Made by a program: the position numbers and the translations under genes. A DNA stretch of 64,000 nucleotides from Eledone cirrhosa. Taxonomy: Eukaryota. The notes beneath the pieces were generated by a model that worked only from the letters and a program-made list of their open reading frames with translations, was not told the origin of the DNA and made no database searches. Of this stretch, positions 1 through 12,589 are shown piece after piece (within the stretch, counting starts at the first letter, position 1; every line of letters begins with the position of its first letter). The stretch lies in NCBI GenBank assembly GCA_964016885.1, contig OZ024742.1, forward strand, positions 234,050,001-234,114,000, in the 5' to 3' direction.

Positions 1-319
1 ACAGAAACACAACAGCAGACAGAAATACTCAAGGAATCATATACATGCACACTTAATTGCTGGTGGTGAGTGAATGGAAAGTACTTGAAATTAAATAGCA
101 AACAGTTCAACACTGAAATATCTAGCTTTCACTTATACAATAGGTATTTAATAAATAAAGTCTTCTGATTAAAAAAACAAAACAATTAAAACAAACTTAT
201 TGAATTATATGAAACTTAGTCTAATTATGATAATCATTTACATAAAACAACTTGCAAAAAGAAAAAAAAATAGTAAACTTTGAGAAATTAAACAATCAAT
301 TTCATGAGTTTCTAATCAC

Positions 320-940
320 TCCTTTCCATGTCAGGTAGTCAGTCTTTACTACAACTAGCGCTGCAGTGACTTCATCAAGGAAGGATCTGTATTTGGAGTC
401 TCTGTTTCGAACATTAATTTAAACCACCAATAGAAACTTTTTTTTTTTTCAGCATAAGTTTCATGAGGCAAATCCTCCCTCCCTATGGAATCCAGTCTCA
501 AGCACATTCTGACAGCCAGCGGCTTGTATCCCCACTCTCATGTATGCAGTCATTTCTAGTGACACACTTGAATAGTGGAGCTTCCATCCTCCATTCAAGT
601 CAACAGTACCAGAGCCATGGAACTTTGTTGAGAAAACCCTAACTATATCTAGCCAATAGCATCTAGCCTCCTCCACTAGTTCCTGCTCCTTGCCTGTAAC
701 GTTCCAGTTACCAATTGTCAAGGTTTGCTTCCTTCCGGAAGCCTCAGGATATGTAACCTTTATGCATCCATCCCACACCTCCCAGAACAGCTCATAGGCC
801 CATTGCCAGTTCTTGCACTGTTGAATGGAGATTGCAAAATAACTTCTGAACAGACCCCTCTACCTAACGCCTGAACGCATCCCTTGTTATCATACATGAA
901 GGATGATTTGGTATGACTGTCTTTGTTGTGTCTAGCCATA
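320..940 (-). mobile_element. RTE-clade LINE (Expander/Rex3-like), decayed 5' part with N-terminal AP-endonuclease
   Basis: ORF 461..778 reads LTIGNWNVTGKEQELVEEARCYWLDIV..GSGTVDLNGGWKLHYS (APE motif I region); continues frameshifted as SKYRSFLDEVTAAL towards ~320. Confidence 0.8.
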
Positions 941-944
941 TTGC

Positions 945-1100
945 AAGATGGTTGGATAACATCCATGAGCTCTGCTAGTTTCACTTGGTGATCCAGCAGG
1001 ATCAATTGGAAATGACTGCTTCTGACAAGGCCTGCTGGAAGGCGTGCTTGACAACTCTGTCCCCATGACTCTCCCAGGAATAAATAGACAAAGAAGAAGA
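945..1100 (+). mobile_element. RTE/Expander-like LINE 3' end
   Basis: Plus strand reads LDNIHELC*FHLVIQQDQLEMTASDKACWKACLTTLSP, resembling the Expander-type ORF C-terminus, followed by a (GAA)n tail; homologous to 7200-7355. Confidence 0.65.
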
Positions 1101-1382
1101 ATTTCATGAGTTGTTTGTGCATCATGAAGCAATAATAAGCTGAAAGCAATAGTAACAAATGCAAAATACAAAAATACTTTCATATAAACTTGGTGGGGTG
1201 GATAAAATAGATAATAGCTGTTGAATTAAAATGTAGTCAACACTTGAAATCCACTCCTTGTATTTAAGAAAAATATCCTGGTCTATTCTACTTATAAGAG
1301 AGATCATGTTATTTGTTTAACCTCACTTTAATCTCAAACAGAAGACAATAAGAGAAATATGTGTGTGACGTAATATTTAAAC

Positions 1383-1561
1383 ATAATTGTTTCTACTTTA
1401 GGCACAAGGCCAGCAATTACCCAGTGCATTACTGGTACTTTATTTTATCGACCCCGTAAGGATGAAAGGCAAAGTCAACCTTGGTGGGATTTGAACTCAG
1501 ATCGTAAAGGGACGTAACTGTGCTGGAAAGCATGGCGTCCGACCCTCTACCGATACTGCCA
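1383..1561 (-). mobile_element. tRNA-derived SINE family A
   Basis: Reverse complement of the full copy at 46971-47157 (B-box GAGTTCAAATCC; CTTTGCCTTTCATCC...GTCGATAAAATAAAGTACCAG core). Confidence 0.85.
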
Positions 1562-1679
1562 AGCCTTTGAGAATCAGAGATGTTTATTGCATAGTAATTG
1601 TAAAAAAATTGTATTATATACCTTCTGTTTTCAACTTGCTACCTTATAAATATAACTAATGTAAAGTGATCATGTTGGA

Positions 1680-1917
1680 GACATGACAAAAAGCACCCGG
1701 TTCATCCTGTAAGGTGGTCTTGCTGGTAACATAATGAAAAAATACCTAGTCCATGCTGCAAATGGCATTCGGAAGGGCATCCAGCCATAGAAACCAAGCC
1801 AGAAACAGTTCTGTATGAACATGACACAGTCACCTGATCTGACTTATCTCACAACGGGACAACTCGTCTAACCCACACGAGCATGGAAAATGGATGTTAA
1901 ATGGTGATGATGATGAT
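1680..1917 (+). mobile_element. RTE-tailed SINE family B
   Basis: GGAAGGGCATCCAGCC..GAAACC body; GCATGGAAAATGGATGTTAAA followed by (TGA)n tail. Confidence 0.75.
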
Positions 1918-2107
1918 ATCTGATTTTTAAACTATGCAACTTATTATCAGGCATTTCTTTTATCTGAATAAATTACATAATTGACAAATACGAGAAAGAT
2001 AATGTTTTACTAAACAAAGTTTAAGTAAATATTTAGCTTAATGAGCAAGTGATACTTTAATGTTGTTACTACCACTGTCATAATGTGAAAGAATTTTAAA
2101 ATAATAT

Positions 2108-2337
2108 TTAACCCTTTAGAATTTACATTACTCTATATTTACTATTGTATTTTCAAGGTAAAGGCTTTACCTCACATAATTATCTCACATAATATTGAAT
2201 CTATTATTTTGATGATATTATTTATTTTGAGAACAATACCTTAAAATCAGTATGAGGGGCCAATTTCAGCTGGTTTGAACAAAAAGTCCAGAGAGAATTC
2301 TGGCTGGATACAGCCGGTTTAAATGCTAAAGTGTTAA
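2108..2337 (+). mobile_element. piggyBac-type MITE
   Basis: TTAA|CCCTTTAG...CTAAAGTG|TTAA termini; eight related copies in the window. Confidence 0.85.
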
Positions 2338-2406
2338 ATCATATTTTACTGGGTCCAATATGCTATTTCATTTCTGAAACCCTATTGAAAATTTGACTTT
2401 ATACAG

Positions 2407-2498
2407 TTTGCCTTTCATCCATACGGGGTCGATAAAATAAAGTACCAGTAATGTACTGGGTAATTGCTGGCCTTGTGCCAAAAGTAGAAACAATTATT
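2407..2498 (+). mobile_element. SINE family A, 5'-truncated
   Basis: Matches the 3' half of 46971-47157. Confidence 0.8.
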
Positions 2499-4291
2499 TA
2501 GAGTAAGTTGATCTGACTGAGTTTTTCCCACTTCAAGTCATATCAATGGAAGTAACTCAATTTGTTATTTCAAGTTTACAAAATTCTCATCAGTTTTATA
2601 CCCTTCCTATAGGATAGACAAGTGTCAAGGTGAATGGAGTAAGCAAGACTTAAGTGTTAGGATTATCTAAACTATAATAAAGGAATGAACATAATGCATT
2701 GTCAGGTACGGGGTATGAAGCATGCACTTCTTGGTCAATAATCCCATATATTTATGTTAAGAACAGACTTGGACCAAACCCATGCTAGCATAAAAAGCAA
2801 AAGAATGGTAGCACCAGCAGTGTTGGTGGTGGTGATTCATATTGTACTGTCTATTTCAGGAAGTAGTCAATATCTTGTATATATTTTGAATTAGGAACAA
2901 TACAATTTTGAAACAGAAATGTATTTGGGGCTATAACATTTGATACTAAAATTTACAATATTAACAGGCACTTTTAATTAAATATTGTTGCTGCTTAATC
3001 CTACTTCAACCCTGATTAAACAGTTCGAAGACATTCAAAGACATTCCATCTATGACCATCTCAACATTTTAGGTGTGTCTAAGAATACATTATTCAATGT
3101 TTATTTTCTTCTTTTTTTACACAAACATCCTATAACCTGCTCTTCACTTGGAGAAAGAGTTCTTTCATTACCAGCAAAATTAATAGTTCCTTGAACTTTT
3201 TCTAGCTCATTGTAACCAGAAATATTATGCCTCATTTTAGATATAGCTGACTGCTTAATTATGAACACTCTAATAACCAATTGCAAACATTGGTCTTTAA
3301 ATATTAATTTCTTTAGATTCAAATAGAGTATATTTATTGGGATCCCACACTAAATTGTAAACTGAAAAGTAGGTAACATCATCAAAGACTATTCTGTATT
3401 TGTCATTATCATCATTTTACCTATGTTGGCATGAGTTGGATGGGAGTTTTAACACAAACTCTTTTAGTCACTTCTTACGACATGCAGGAATACTGTGTAT
3501 TATCTAGTGACAATTAAAAGCTACTTAAAATAATTCAAATAGCAAGAAATAAATGTAAGTCAAGTTTCGTGAAATGAGGTGTATATAAAATAATTGAATA
3601 AACCTTAACTGGGAACCAACACCCATACATCAGGGTTTACATCTATCTAAAAACTTATCAATAGTCCCTTTAAACATTTTGTTACAATACTCATGTAAGC
3701 ATGGAAAAGCAAGCATAAAACGATGATGATGAAAGACAACTTATGATTTTCAAATCATTTTGAAAATAATCAAAAATATGGTGATATTTAGTTATACAAC
3801 TTTCTCACTATTAAGCTGGTGTTGAAACAACTTAAGACAAAATATATTGAAAGGTTTAAATTCAAATATGAGCACTTTAAAACAAATGTCTTTTTCATAA
3901 ACCCAGGTGCAGTTTCAGGCGGTTTGGTACCAAAAGGGTAAAAAAAAAATTGGATATTATTGCAACTCCTTTTTCTATTACAAGAATCTTATAGAAATAT
4001 AAGTCATCTAACAACTGGGATCTAATCCACATATGGGATCTAATCCAAGCTGCCAAAAAATAATCTCATTAGCTTAGTTTCACAGTGAGACTAAATACAT
4101 ATAGATACAACTCCATATATTTATTTATTCACAAGCCACACTGTATTAATGCTCTAGTAATTAGAGCTGGGCCATCAACCTTGTACTATTATATAATCAA
4201 GCAGTAACTAGTACGATTTTGTTTACATTTTGATAAATAGCTTTTCACTACTTAATATTGACAACTTGGTGTGCAGTTAGATGGTGAGTAA

Positions 4292-4335
4292 ATCCTGATG
4301 AATTGTAAAATAACAATGAAACTGGTCAGTATGAT
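4292..4335 (+). ncRNA. Type I hammerhead ribozyme motif (weak stem I)
   Basis: atc-CTGATGA-ATTGT(aaaata)ACAAT-GAAA-CTG(gt)CAG-TA-tgat: intact core, 5-bp stem II, near-palindromic stem III, GUA site. Confidence 0.65.
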
Positions 4336-5225
4336 CTTCACCCAAAGCTACAGAAAAGGACCTCAAGAGCCTAATTTCACAATGAGACTATATAAATATG
4401 GACATGATTACACATATTTAAATAATTGTATAGGTTGATTTGACTGTGAGTTAACAATTTGTTGTGCAAGATCTAATTGAAGGGTGCCATTGGAATTCAG
4501 CAACCACTGCACACTTCAGTTATTTATTTATAGTAAATTCAAAGTAACCTTAGCGAGATTTTATATCAGATAATCAGAGTCATAGTATGAATTTGGTTTA
4601 TAATATTATCAAGGAAACTATGGCACATAATATATTACAAATGTAAAAAAAAATGTTAATGTCCATGTTTAAGACTTTACAAAAAAAATGTGAGTGATTA
4701 CATAGGACAAACAGTTAAACATTTAATGGTAGCAATAAGTTTTTCATAGATAACTGACAGCCAAATTCCTACCACAAGTGATTGTCATTTAACATCTATT
4801 TTCCATGCTTGCATGGGTTTCATGGATTAACACAGTTCTGAGGCTAGACTGGTCAGGTGACCACATTTTGCTCATACATTTCATTTTTGTCTTGGTTTCT
4901 ACAGCTGAATGCCTAATACCAACCACTTTACAACTAGTACTGGGAGCATGTTATCATGTCTCCAGCACTACAACCATACAATGTAGGGGAGAATATGAAG
5001 AAAATCAGGAGAGGTGATGGGGAAAGGGAGGGAAGGAATGTAGGAAGGAAAGCAGGAAAAAAGAGAAAAAAGGGAAAAGGGGAAGAGAAAAAAAAGAAAA
5101 ATACAAAAGAACAGAATGAGAAGTGAAGGAGAGGAAGAAGTGGAGAAGAAAGAAAGCGGGGTAGGAGAGAAAAAAAATGTTAACTAGTAAGTTGCAAGTG
5201 TTTGTAAGACGATTATAGTGATATA

Positions 5226-5263
5226 TTTAACAATTGTCTCCATTAACAAATTATATCGCGCGC

Positions 5264-5302
<39 letters not shown>

Positions 5303-5508
5303 TGTGTGTGCGTGCGTGCGTGTGCGTGTGTGTGTGTGTGTGCGCGTGAGTGTGTGCGCGTGAGTGTGTGCGCGTGAGTGTGTGCGCGTGAGTGTGTGCG
5401 CGTGAGTGTGTGCGCGTGAGTGTGTTTGTTTATCTAGTCTTAATAAAGTGAATATTAAACCTCTATTAACAATTGTCTCCATTAACAAATTATACCGTGT
5501 GTGTGCGC

Positions 5509-5551
<43 letters not shown>

Positions 5552-5660
5552 TGTGTGTGTGTGTGCGTGAGTGTGTGTGCGTGTGTGTGTTTATTTATTT
5601 AGCCTTAATAAAGTGAATATTAAACCTCTACTTCGGTATTGAGTACTTTTTTCTTTCATC
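5226..5660. repeat. Tandem duplication carrying (GCGT)n/(GT)n microsatellites
   Basis: TTAACAATTGTCTCCATTAACAAATTATA and TTAATAAAGTGAATATTAAACCTCTA each occur twice, bracketing differently expanded microsatellites. Confidence 0.85.
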
Positions 5661-5667
5661 CATCAAC

Positions 5668-5703
<36 letters not shown>

Positions 5704-6281
5704 CGTATATATAAATAAATACACACACACACAAACACACTCACATATATACACACACATATAATCTACATCTATAGTTTTATGACAGTTTGATAAAGAA
5801 ACAAAATATTATTTATTCCACCCAGTAAAATAATAGGTTATATACTAGTTGCAATAAATAATCAATGTTAATAAGTACCTTTGCCACTGAACAAAAGTTA
5901 TTAAAAAATAATTTGATAACTTAATTCATTGTAAATAAATTGCCTATCGGCAATTTATTATAAAAATATTCATAATCTTTTATATATTTTAATACTGTCT
6001 ACAAGCCCACTTGTGGTTGTAGTACCAACAACCTATATCATTTTCAAACTATGTAGAGTAACTACACAGCCAAACATATCAACTTACACTATCATCTCTA
6101 ATCTCAGAAGATAGGACAGCCTCATCTAGACAACCTCAAACATGTCATTTGCATTGTTATTTTAGTGGCGTGAAAACCCTTTGGGCCATCTGTTTAAAAT
6201 CATTTTCTAATTTTGGCAACGATGTTCACTTGACAGAAAAAAATAATGTTCAAGTTTACATTATTATTAATGCTAGCATAA

Positions 6282-6830
6282 GAGGCAGTGATTTGGTAGG
6301 GTCATCAGAACGTCAGATGGAATACTTTGCGATATTCATTCTAGCTTTCTGCACTCTCTGAGTTCAAATCCTGCTGAAATCAACTTGGCCTTTTATCCTT
6401 TTGAGGTCAATAAAGAAAAAGTTTCAGTCCAGCACTGGGGTCAATTCTTCCTGTATACCTCCTCACTTCTCTCTCTCTCACTCCTTATCTGGAAAAAAAA
6501 ATCGGCTTTATTCAGATATGGGTAGGAGATGAGCTCCACCAGGTATAAAGTGCCCCAAAAAATTGGCTTTATACAGACATGGAGAGGGGATGGGCTCCAC
6601 CATGTATAAAGTGCCCCAAAAAATTGGCTTTATTCAGACATGGAGAGGGGATGGGCTCCACCAGATTTAAAGCACGCCCAAAAAATCCCCAAAAATCGGC
6701 TTTATTCAGACATGGAGAGGGGATGGGTTTAAAGTGCCCAAGACACCCTGTATGTTATGACAGTACCCTATGGCTCCATCATAAGGTATGGGTTCATACA
6801 TACAATGCTAGTACAACCTGTTTCAGTACC
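6282..6830 (+). mobile_element. Composite SINE with internal ~61-bp tandem repeats (6496-6740)
   Basis: Family A-like head (GAGTTCAAATCC) then ~4 copies of GGCTTTATTCAGACATGGAGAGGG..AAAGTGCCC; related single-unit copies near 14090-14420 and 53120-53410. Confidence 0.7.
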
Positions 6831-7199
6831 TACAGTAAATAATCACCACTCCTTAAATTTATAGTCACTCTACTGCAGATCAATATTTTGCCATTATCTA
6901 TGAGGAGATGAAAGAATTGATAGTGTGTCAGATGAAATACCTAAAGTATTTGGTTACATACTTCTGTGTTTCTGAGTTTAAATCCTAATCTGGTCCACTT
7001 TACCTTTTATCCTTCCGGAGTCAATAAAATAACTATTGGGACAGATGTCATCAGCTGAATGCTAGAAGGTACTGAAAGGATAAAAGAATCTTAAACTATT
7101 TCATTCTTTTCAATGCTTCCTGTTTTTTTCTTTTTGTTTGTTTTTTTAATCTTTATCATCACAATTTCTGGTTCCAAGAATTCTGTTGTAATGTATGCT

Positions 7200-7355
7200 G
7201 CTGCTTCTTCTTTGCCCACTTATTCTTGAGAGGGACATGGGTGCAGAGTCCTCAAACACTCCTTCTAGTGGGTCCTGTCTGAAGCAACCATTTCCAACTG
7301 ATCCGGCTGGATCTACAAGTGAGACCAGCCGAGCTCATGGATGTTATCCAACTAA
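7200..7355 (-). mobile_element. RTE/Expander-like LINE 3' end
   Basis: Homologous to 945-1100 in opposite orientation (shared GAGCTCATGGATGTTATCCAAC). Confidence 0.65.
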
Positions 7356-7423
7356 CTTGCTGGTTTTGCCTGATACATTTATATAGTCTAACCTTACATA
7401 TTGTTTAAGATGAAAATCAATCC

Positions 7424-7532
7424 TAATCACCAGATTCCATCAATTCATTCATGGAGTCTGGTGATTATAATTACTCGTACTCTTGAAGAAGCCTGTGAAC
7501 CAAATTAGTCAGACTTCTGAAGTATATAGGAG
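7424..7532 (+). ncRNA. 17-bp hairpin followed by degenerate hammerhead motif
   Basis: TAATCACCAGATTCCAT/ATGGAGTCTGGTGATTA stem (one G-U), then ctc-TTGAAGA-agcctg...cagact..-GAAG-TATATA-ggag with two core substitutions. Confidence 0.4.
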
Positions 7533-8405
7533 ACATATTTTTAAAATCAGGTTCTTTATTTTATGGCTCAATATTGCTTACAGTCAATTTGCAAAAAAAT
7601 AATGATGCATGTGTAACAGTTCAGTTTAATCATATTAATTTTTATGTCAAAGACACCATGAAAAATAAGGAGGAGGCGATACTACATAGTCAATTGTCAT
7701 GCCAGAAATAGCAGCCAAATTCCTTCCAGTCACACCCTACCATCTTGGAAAAGAAAGCACACATTCTAAAATGTATGCCTAGATATATACACAAAAATGG
7801 TTACAGCTGGAACACATTTGATATTTCTGCTCAGTGAGGGGCTAAACAAAAACAACAATACTCATTATCTACAGTGATAGTTATAACATCAATTTTCTAA
7901 AAGTGTGTTAAAAGTGTGTTAAAAGTGCTCAACCCCCACCCCAAAAGCTTTTAGATTTAAAGTGTAGTGGTCTAGATTCACATCAATGACTATTACATAA
8001 GAGATAGCAGTTATCAACAATATAAAGAGATTAATTAACCTGTAAGTAATTATGCCAGCTAGGACATTTAAAGAGTAATTAGAGAAACAATTCAATGATT
8101 GATTAATTTAAACAGCTAAATGATGCATTATTTGAATAAAACAAAAACCCCAAAATGGTGGGTGTAAATGTGCTGAAATAAATATCTAATTTGGATCTGC
8201 TATGAAAATGGGGACAGTGCTAAATGTATCATATTCCAAGAGAAGATATGAAAAAGTTAACAGAGAAGACCATTTTGAAATAACTACTAGAATAAAGTGT
8301 AGGTTTTAAGTTGGTGTCAGTCATGCTTAGAAAACAAAGATGACAGGAGAGGAATAGAGGTTAGGTTTAAAAATGAAAGTGATGAGATAGTGTTACTCAA
8401 TAACT

Positions 8406-8492
8406 AAATAAGTGTGATATACTAAATGGGTTACAAAATAAATGTGAAACACAAAATGGGTTACGAAATAAGTGAGAATCACTAAATGGGTT
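8406..8492. repeat. 30-bp minisatellite, 3 copies
   Basis: AAATAAGTGTGA...ACTAAATGGGTTAC repeated at 30-bp period. Confidence 0.8.
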
Positions 8493-8734
8493 GTTATGGA
8501 CTATTTTGCAGCTAGATAGGAAATTGAGCTGCTTATTGCTGGTGGTAACTAAGTTATTACTATCAGTTCAATTCCTGACTGAATATCAAAATTAGAACAA
8601 TCATCATCATCATCATTGATTTTATGTCTGTATTTACATGCTGACATGAATTGGATGACACATTTTGAAGCAAAATTCTATGACCAGATACCTTTCCTGA
8701 TGCTATCATCCTGTAATGATTTAGCAGAAAATGT

Positions 8735-8954
8735 CTAACCCTTTAATGTTCAAACCGGCCAAAACCGGCCAGAATTCTCTACCCCTTGCTGTTGAAACAG
8801 GCTGTAACTGGTTGCTCAAACTGATGTTAAGGTATTGTTCTCAAAATAAATACTTTCAAAATCTCATAGATTCGATATTATGTAAGATATTATGTGAGCT
8901 AAACCATGAAAATACAATAGTATATATAGAGTAATGTGAATGTTAAAGGGTTAA
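8735..8954 (-). mobile_element. piggyBac-type MITE
   Basis: CTAA|CCCTTTAATGTT...TGTTAAAGGG|TTAA; internal sequence shared with other copies. Confidence 0.85.
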
Positions 8955-9922
8955 AACATGTTTGTAATATTTTTACTAGTGGACAAATAATTGGGGGATT
9001 TTTCAATAGTAAAGAAAAGGGTTTAAGTTTTAAGGTAATTCAGTCAGTGCTTTTTGGCACTTTTCCAGAATGTCTTGTTAATACAGTTTCATGCAGTACA
9101 GGATGTTAAGAATCAAGTACATTTTACAGGACAGAACGTAATAGAGATATACTTATCTGCTAACCCATCCAACATAAACTAACAATGAGAGTGCCTCAAT
9201 AACACTAGTTCCCTAAATATGAACCATGACCCAAAATGAGTTGTAGTATAACTCTGAAAGCAATGCAACTCAAAATTATTTATTTTCAAAATATTTCATA
9301 AAATGTAAAAAGTTCGCAATTATACAAAAGCTATAGGCAACGCTCCATGCCATTGTCTATAATGGTAAAAGAAACTAAACTTATTAAAGATAAAGATTAT
9401 TAAACAACACTTACTGCAAACAAAAACTGTATCAAATATTAATTTTATTAAATTAGAGGAAAATTCATTTTATTTATATTTTTTTAAATGGTTTGCAATA
9501 GTGAAAAACTGGAAAACTCTTCTCTACGTGATCAATCGACCTAGCAGAAATAGCAGCCAAATCTCCCTCAAATCACACCCTACAGTTTTTCAAAAAATGA
9601 AAGGACACATTAGATTATATAGTTTTAGATACTCTTTAAAAGATGGGATGATCATGGCAAGAATATCTTTGATCACAAGCCTACACAATTAGGGATGGGT
9701 AGGGGCTGAATAACAACTTATCGCAGGGTAGTAAAATGGACATTTAGCAGCATCTAATCATAATGATGATGATTTGTTTTGTTTTGTTTTTGTTGTTTTG
9801 TTTTTGTTGTTTTGTTTTTGTTGTTTTGTTTTTGTTGTTGTGTGTGTGTGGGGGGGGGGGGAGTCAAATAAAGATAATGTGAAGAAAAGTGAAATGAAAT
9901 ACATAGAGGTTATATTATTTTT

Positions 9923-10330
9923 TAACAACATCATGAGAAGGAGCCTCAATCAGCCAGTTTCCCACCACAATTAGAGTCGGCTGACCTCCACTGTAGCAAT
10001 GACAAGTGCCCCAACGGATTAACCCTCTTCCCTTTTGAAGGGGGAAAATCCCTAATTTGGGACACAACATGCAGTGACTTGTTCTCTGCCCACAAACCTG
10101 GGCTCCGCTACCTGCAATGTGGAGGAGAGGAAGATAGTCAAATACTGAGGCCTGACTGATCGCTTCCTCTTTGCACTGGTCTCCATCGAGACCTCTGGCA
10201 TCCTTGGTCCCAGCACTGTTGACTTCCGCCGTAAAGTTGGAAAGATGGTGCCTGCTTAAGGAGGGAGGCCTATGAGGTGGAGTGGATGTTGCAGGGGGTA
10301 TCTCTGGCTATCCTCTGCCATAACACTTTT
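9923..10330 (+). mobile_element. CRE-like non-LTR retrotransposon 3' fragment (restriction-like endonuclease)
   Basis: Decayed translation NNIMRRSL...DKCPNGLTLFPFEGGKSLIWDTTCSD...EERKIVKY...ETSGILGP...LQGVSLAI, matching the RPDG..PW..GK.L.WD RLE signature. Confidence 0.7.
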
Positions 10331-10467
10331 GCCAGTTTGTCAGCAGGGCACAGCTGAGATACCACTCAGACTGAGGTGTAGTGTCTGTCCCTCCCCTCTC
10401 CCTTTCTTTCATTGCTTGATCCTTCTTTCTTTTTCTTTTCTTTTTTTCCTTCCTTTTCTGTTCCTTT

Positions 10468-10653
10468 TAATAATTATTTCTACTTTAGGCCCAAGGCCAG
10501 CAAATACCCAGTGCATTACTGGTACTTTATTTTATCGACCCCGTAAGGATGAAAGGCAAAGTCAACCTCGGTGGGATTTGAACTCTGATCGTAAAGGGAC
10601 GTAACTATGCTGGAAAGCATAGCGTCGGACCTTCTACCGATACTGCCAACCCA
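10468..10653 (-). mobile_element. SINE family A
   Basis: Near full-length reverse complement of 46971-47157. Confidence 0.85.
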
Positions 10654-11330
10654 CAGCCCTGTTCCTTTTAATAATGTGTTGTTTTTATTAGATACTGCTC
10701 AATTATTTTTATATAATGTCAATGGCTTTTCATGACATTGTGAAATTTTGTATATTAAATAAAAGCACGTGACTTATCTAACATCACTATTATAATATTT
10801 TCTGCTCTGTTATTAATGTCATCTTTCATGCTTTTGTGTTTTACATTGTTTAGAATTCCTACAATTCTGATAGCCTTCAAGCCTCCTATTGCTACATATT
10901 TACTTTTCACTATACAGGGTTTTGATCAGAAACCTGTATTTCTAGCACAGGTTTTAATTATTCTTTTCAGAAATATAATTGTTACTTGTTCCTAAAATTG
11001 TTTCATATCTTTTTTTTTTTGTTTTATTTTTACATAACTTAGCCAAACTGGAAACCTGCTCCAAAAGCTTCCAAGAAATGTACTCTACTAAAGACACCTA
11101 AAGGCCAGGGATGAAGTTAAACCAGTCAAGAGAGTGTGTCTGTCACCCAAGAACAGAAGTAATCAGGTCATGAGATTGAAACTGAAACCACAAAATTGTA
11201 AAATGTACTTTTAACCACACAGCCATATCAACACTCATTTGACTGGACATTCAGAAACCAACTAAACTACAACTACACTGCCTTCCAAACAAACACATTC
11301 TTTTCAGTAAACAACAACACAACAATCATT

Positions 11331-11545
11331 TTAACCCTTTAGCATTTAAACCAGCTGTATCCAGCCAGAATTCTCTCACCTCTTTCTGTTCAAAGCGGCT
11401 GTAACTGGCCGCTTATACTAATGTTAAGGTATTGTTCTCAAAATAAATAATATCAAAATCTCATAGATTCAATATTATGTGAGATAAAGCCTTTACCATG
11501 AAAATAAATAGTAAATATAGAGTAATGTAAATGCTAAATGGTTAA
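11331..11545 (-). mobile_element. piggyBac-type MITE
   Basis: TTAA|CCCTTTAGCATTTA...TAAATGCTAAATGG|TTAA. Confidence 0.9.
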
Positions 11546-12589
11546 GGCCATTTTTTTCAGCTAAAGCAAGTGTTAACCTTGCAGACCCTGTGATAAACTA
11601 CATACTGATCATGGGGTCCTTTTGAGGTAATGTTGTTCATGATGCTTTACCTGATTTTTTTAGCCATCCCTTACAACATGCAGGGATATGATGTCCCTAT
11701 ACTAAACAGGATACATAGGGTTTCACATAATTTCCTATTTAAAAAAAAAAGCTCAATGTTTTTTTAAATGCTCTTCTTCTTCTTCAACTAACTTCATGGC
11801 CCTATCACAATATATGCCCCCTCCTGCCTCTCATTTCATTCTAAACAAGCAAACTACATGTGGAACTTCTGTCCTGTGTCTCTCGAAGTAAAAAACAGTT
11901 TTTAAAAAAATAGACCCAACCACGAAAAGATAAGACTATTCAAGTTATATTTTGAATTCATTTTCCATCCACACTTTCTCTTTTTGAGGTTCCCCATTCA
12001 TTTATTTCAATGTTTTTTTTAAATGTTTCTTATTCTTCTTTCTCAACTAACTTTATGGATCTATTGGCACTATCTCCCTCGCTCCCCCATCCCTGGTCTC
12101 ATTTTGTTCTAAACAAGTAAACTACACATGGCACTCCTATCCTGTCTCTCTCAAAATAAAACCCAGGCCATAGCTCTATTATCTCCACATCACACTCACA
12201 TGCCCCTATCCAAACCACCTTCCGGATAGCTGTTTGGCGCATGGCTTTTGCCCCCCCCCCCTCCCCCAGTTACTTCTCACAGTTACCCTGTTACATCATG
12301 GTAGATGTATATGTATGTATTGTAATGCATGTTTATATATTGTATATAGACATACATTCATGCATATTATATCTATATATATATACGTTGTATATGTATA
12401 TATATATATATATATTGCATATTATGTGTGTGTGTATATGTGTGATGTATATATATGTGCTGTGTTATGTATATATTGTGTATTATCTCTATGCATGTGT
12501 TAATGTATATTATATATTCATATTGTGTATTATGCATTGTATGTTATATACATGCACATGTGGTATATATATATATATATATATCATAT

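Noticed and set aside
2550-2597. Minus-strand CTGATGA...GAAA-TAAC...GTTA
   Set aside because: No UH triplet or stem I.
3297-3361. Possible minus-strand terminal exon (ttttcag|..YNLVWDPNKYTLFESKEINI*)
   Set aside because: Plausible acceptor but no recognisable homology or linked upstream exons.
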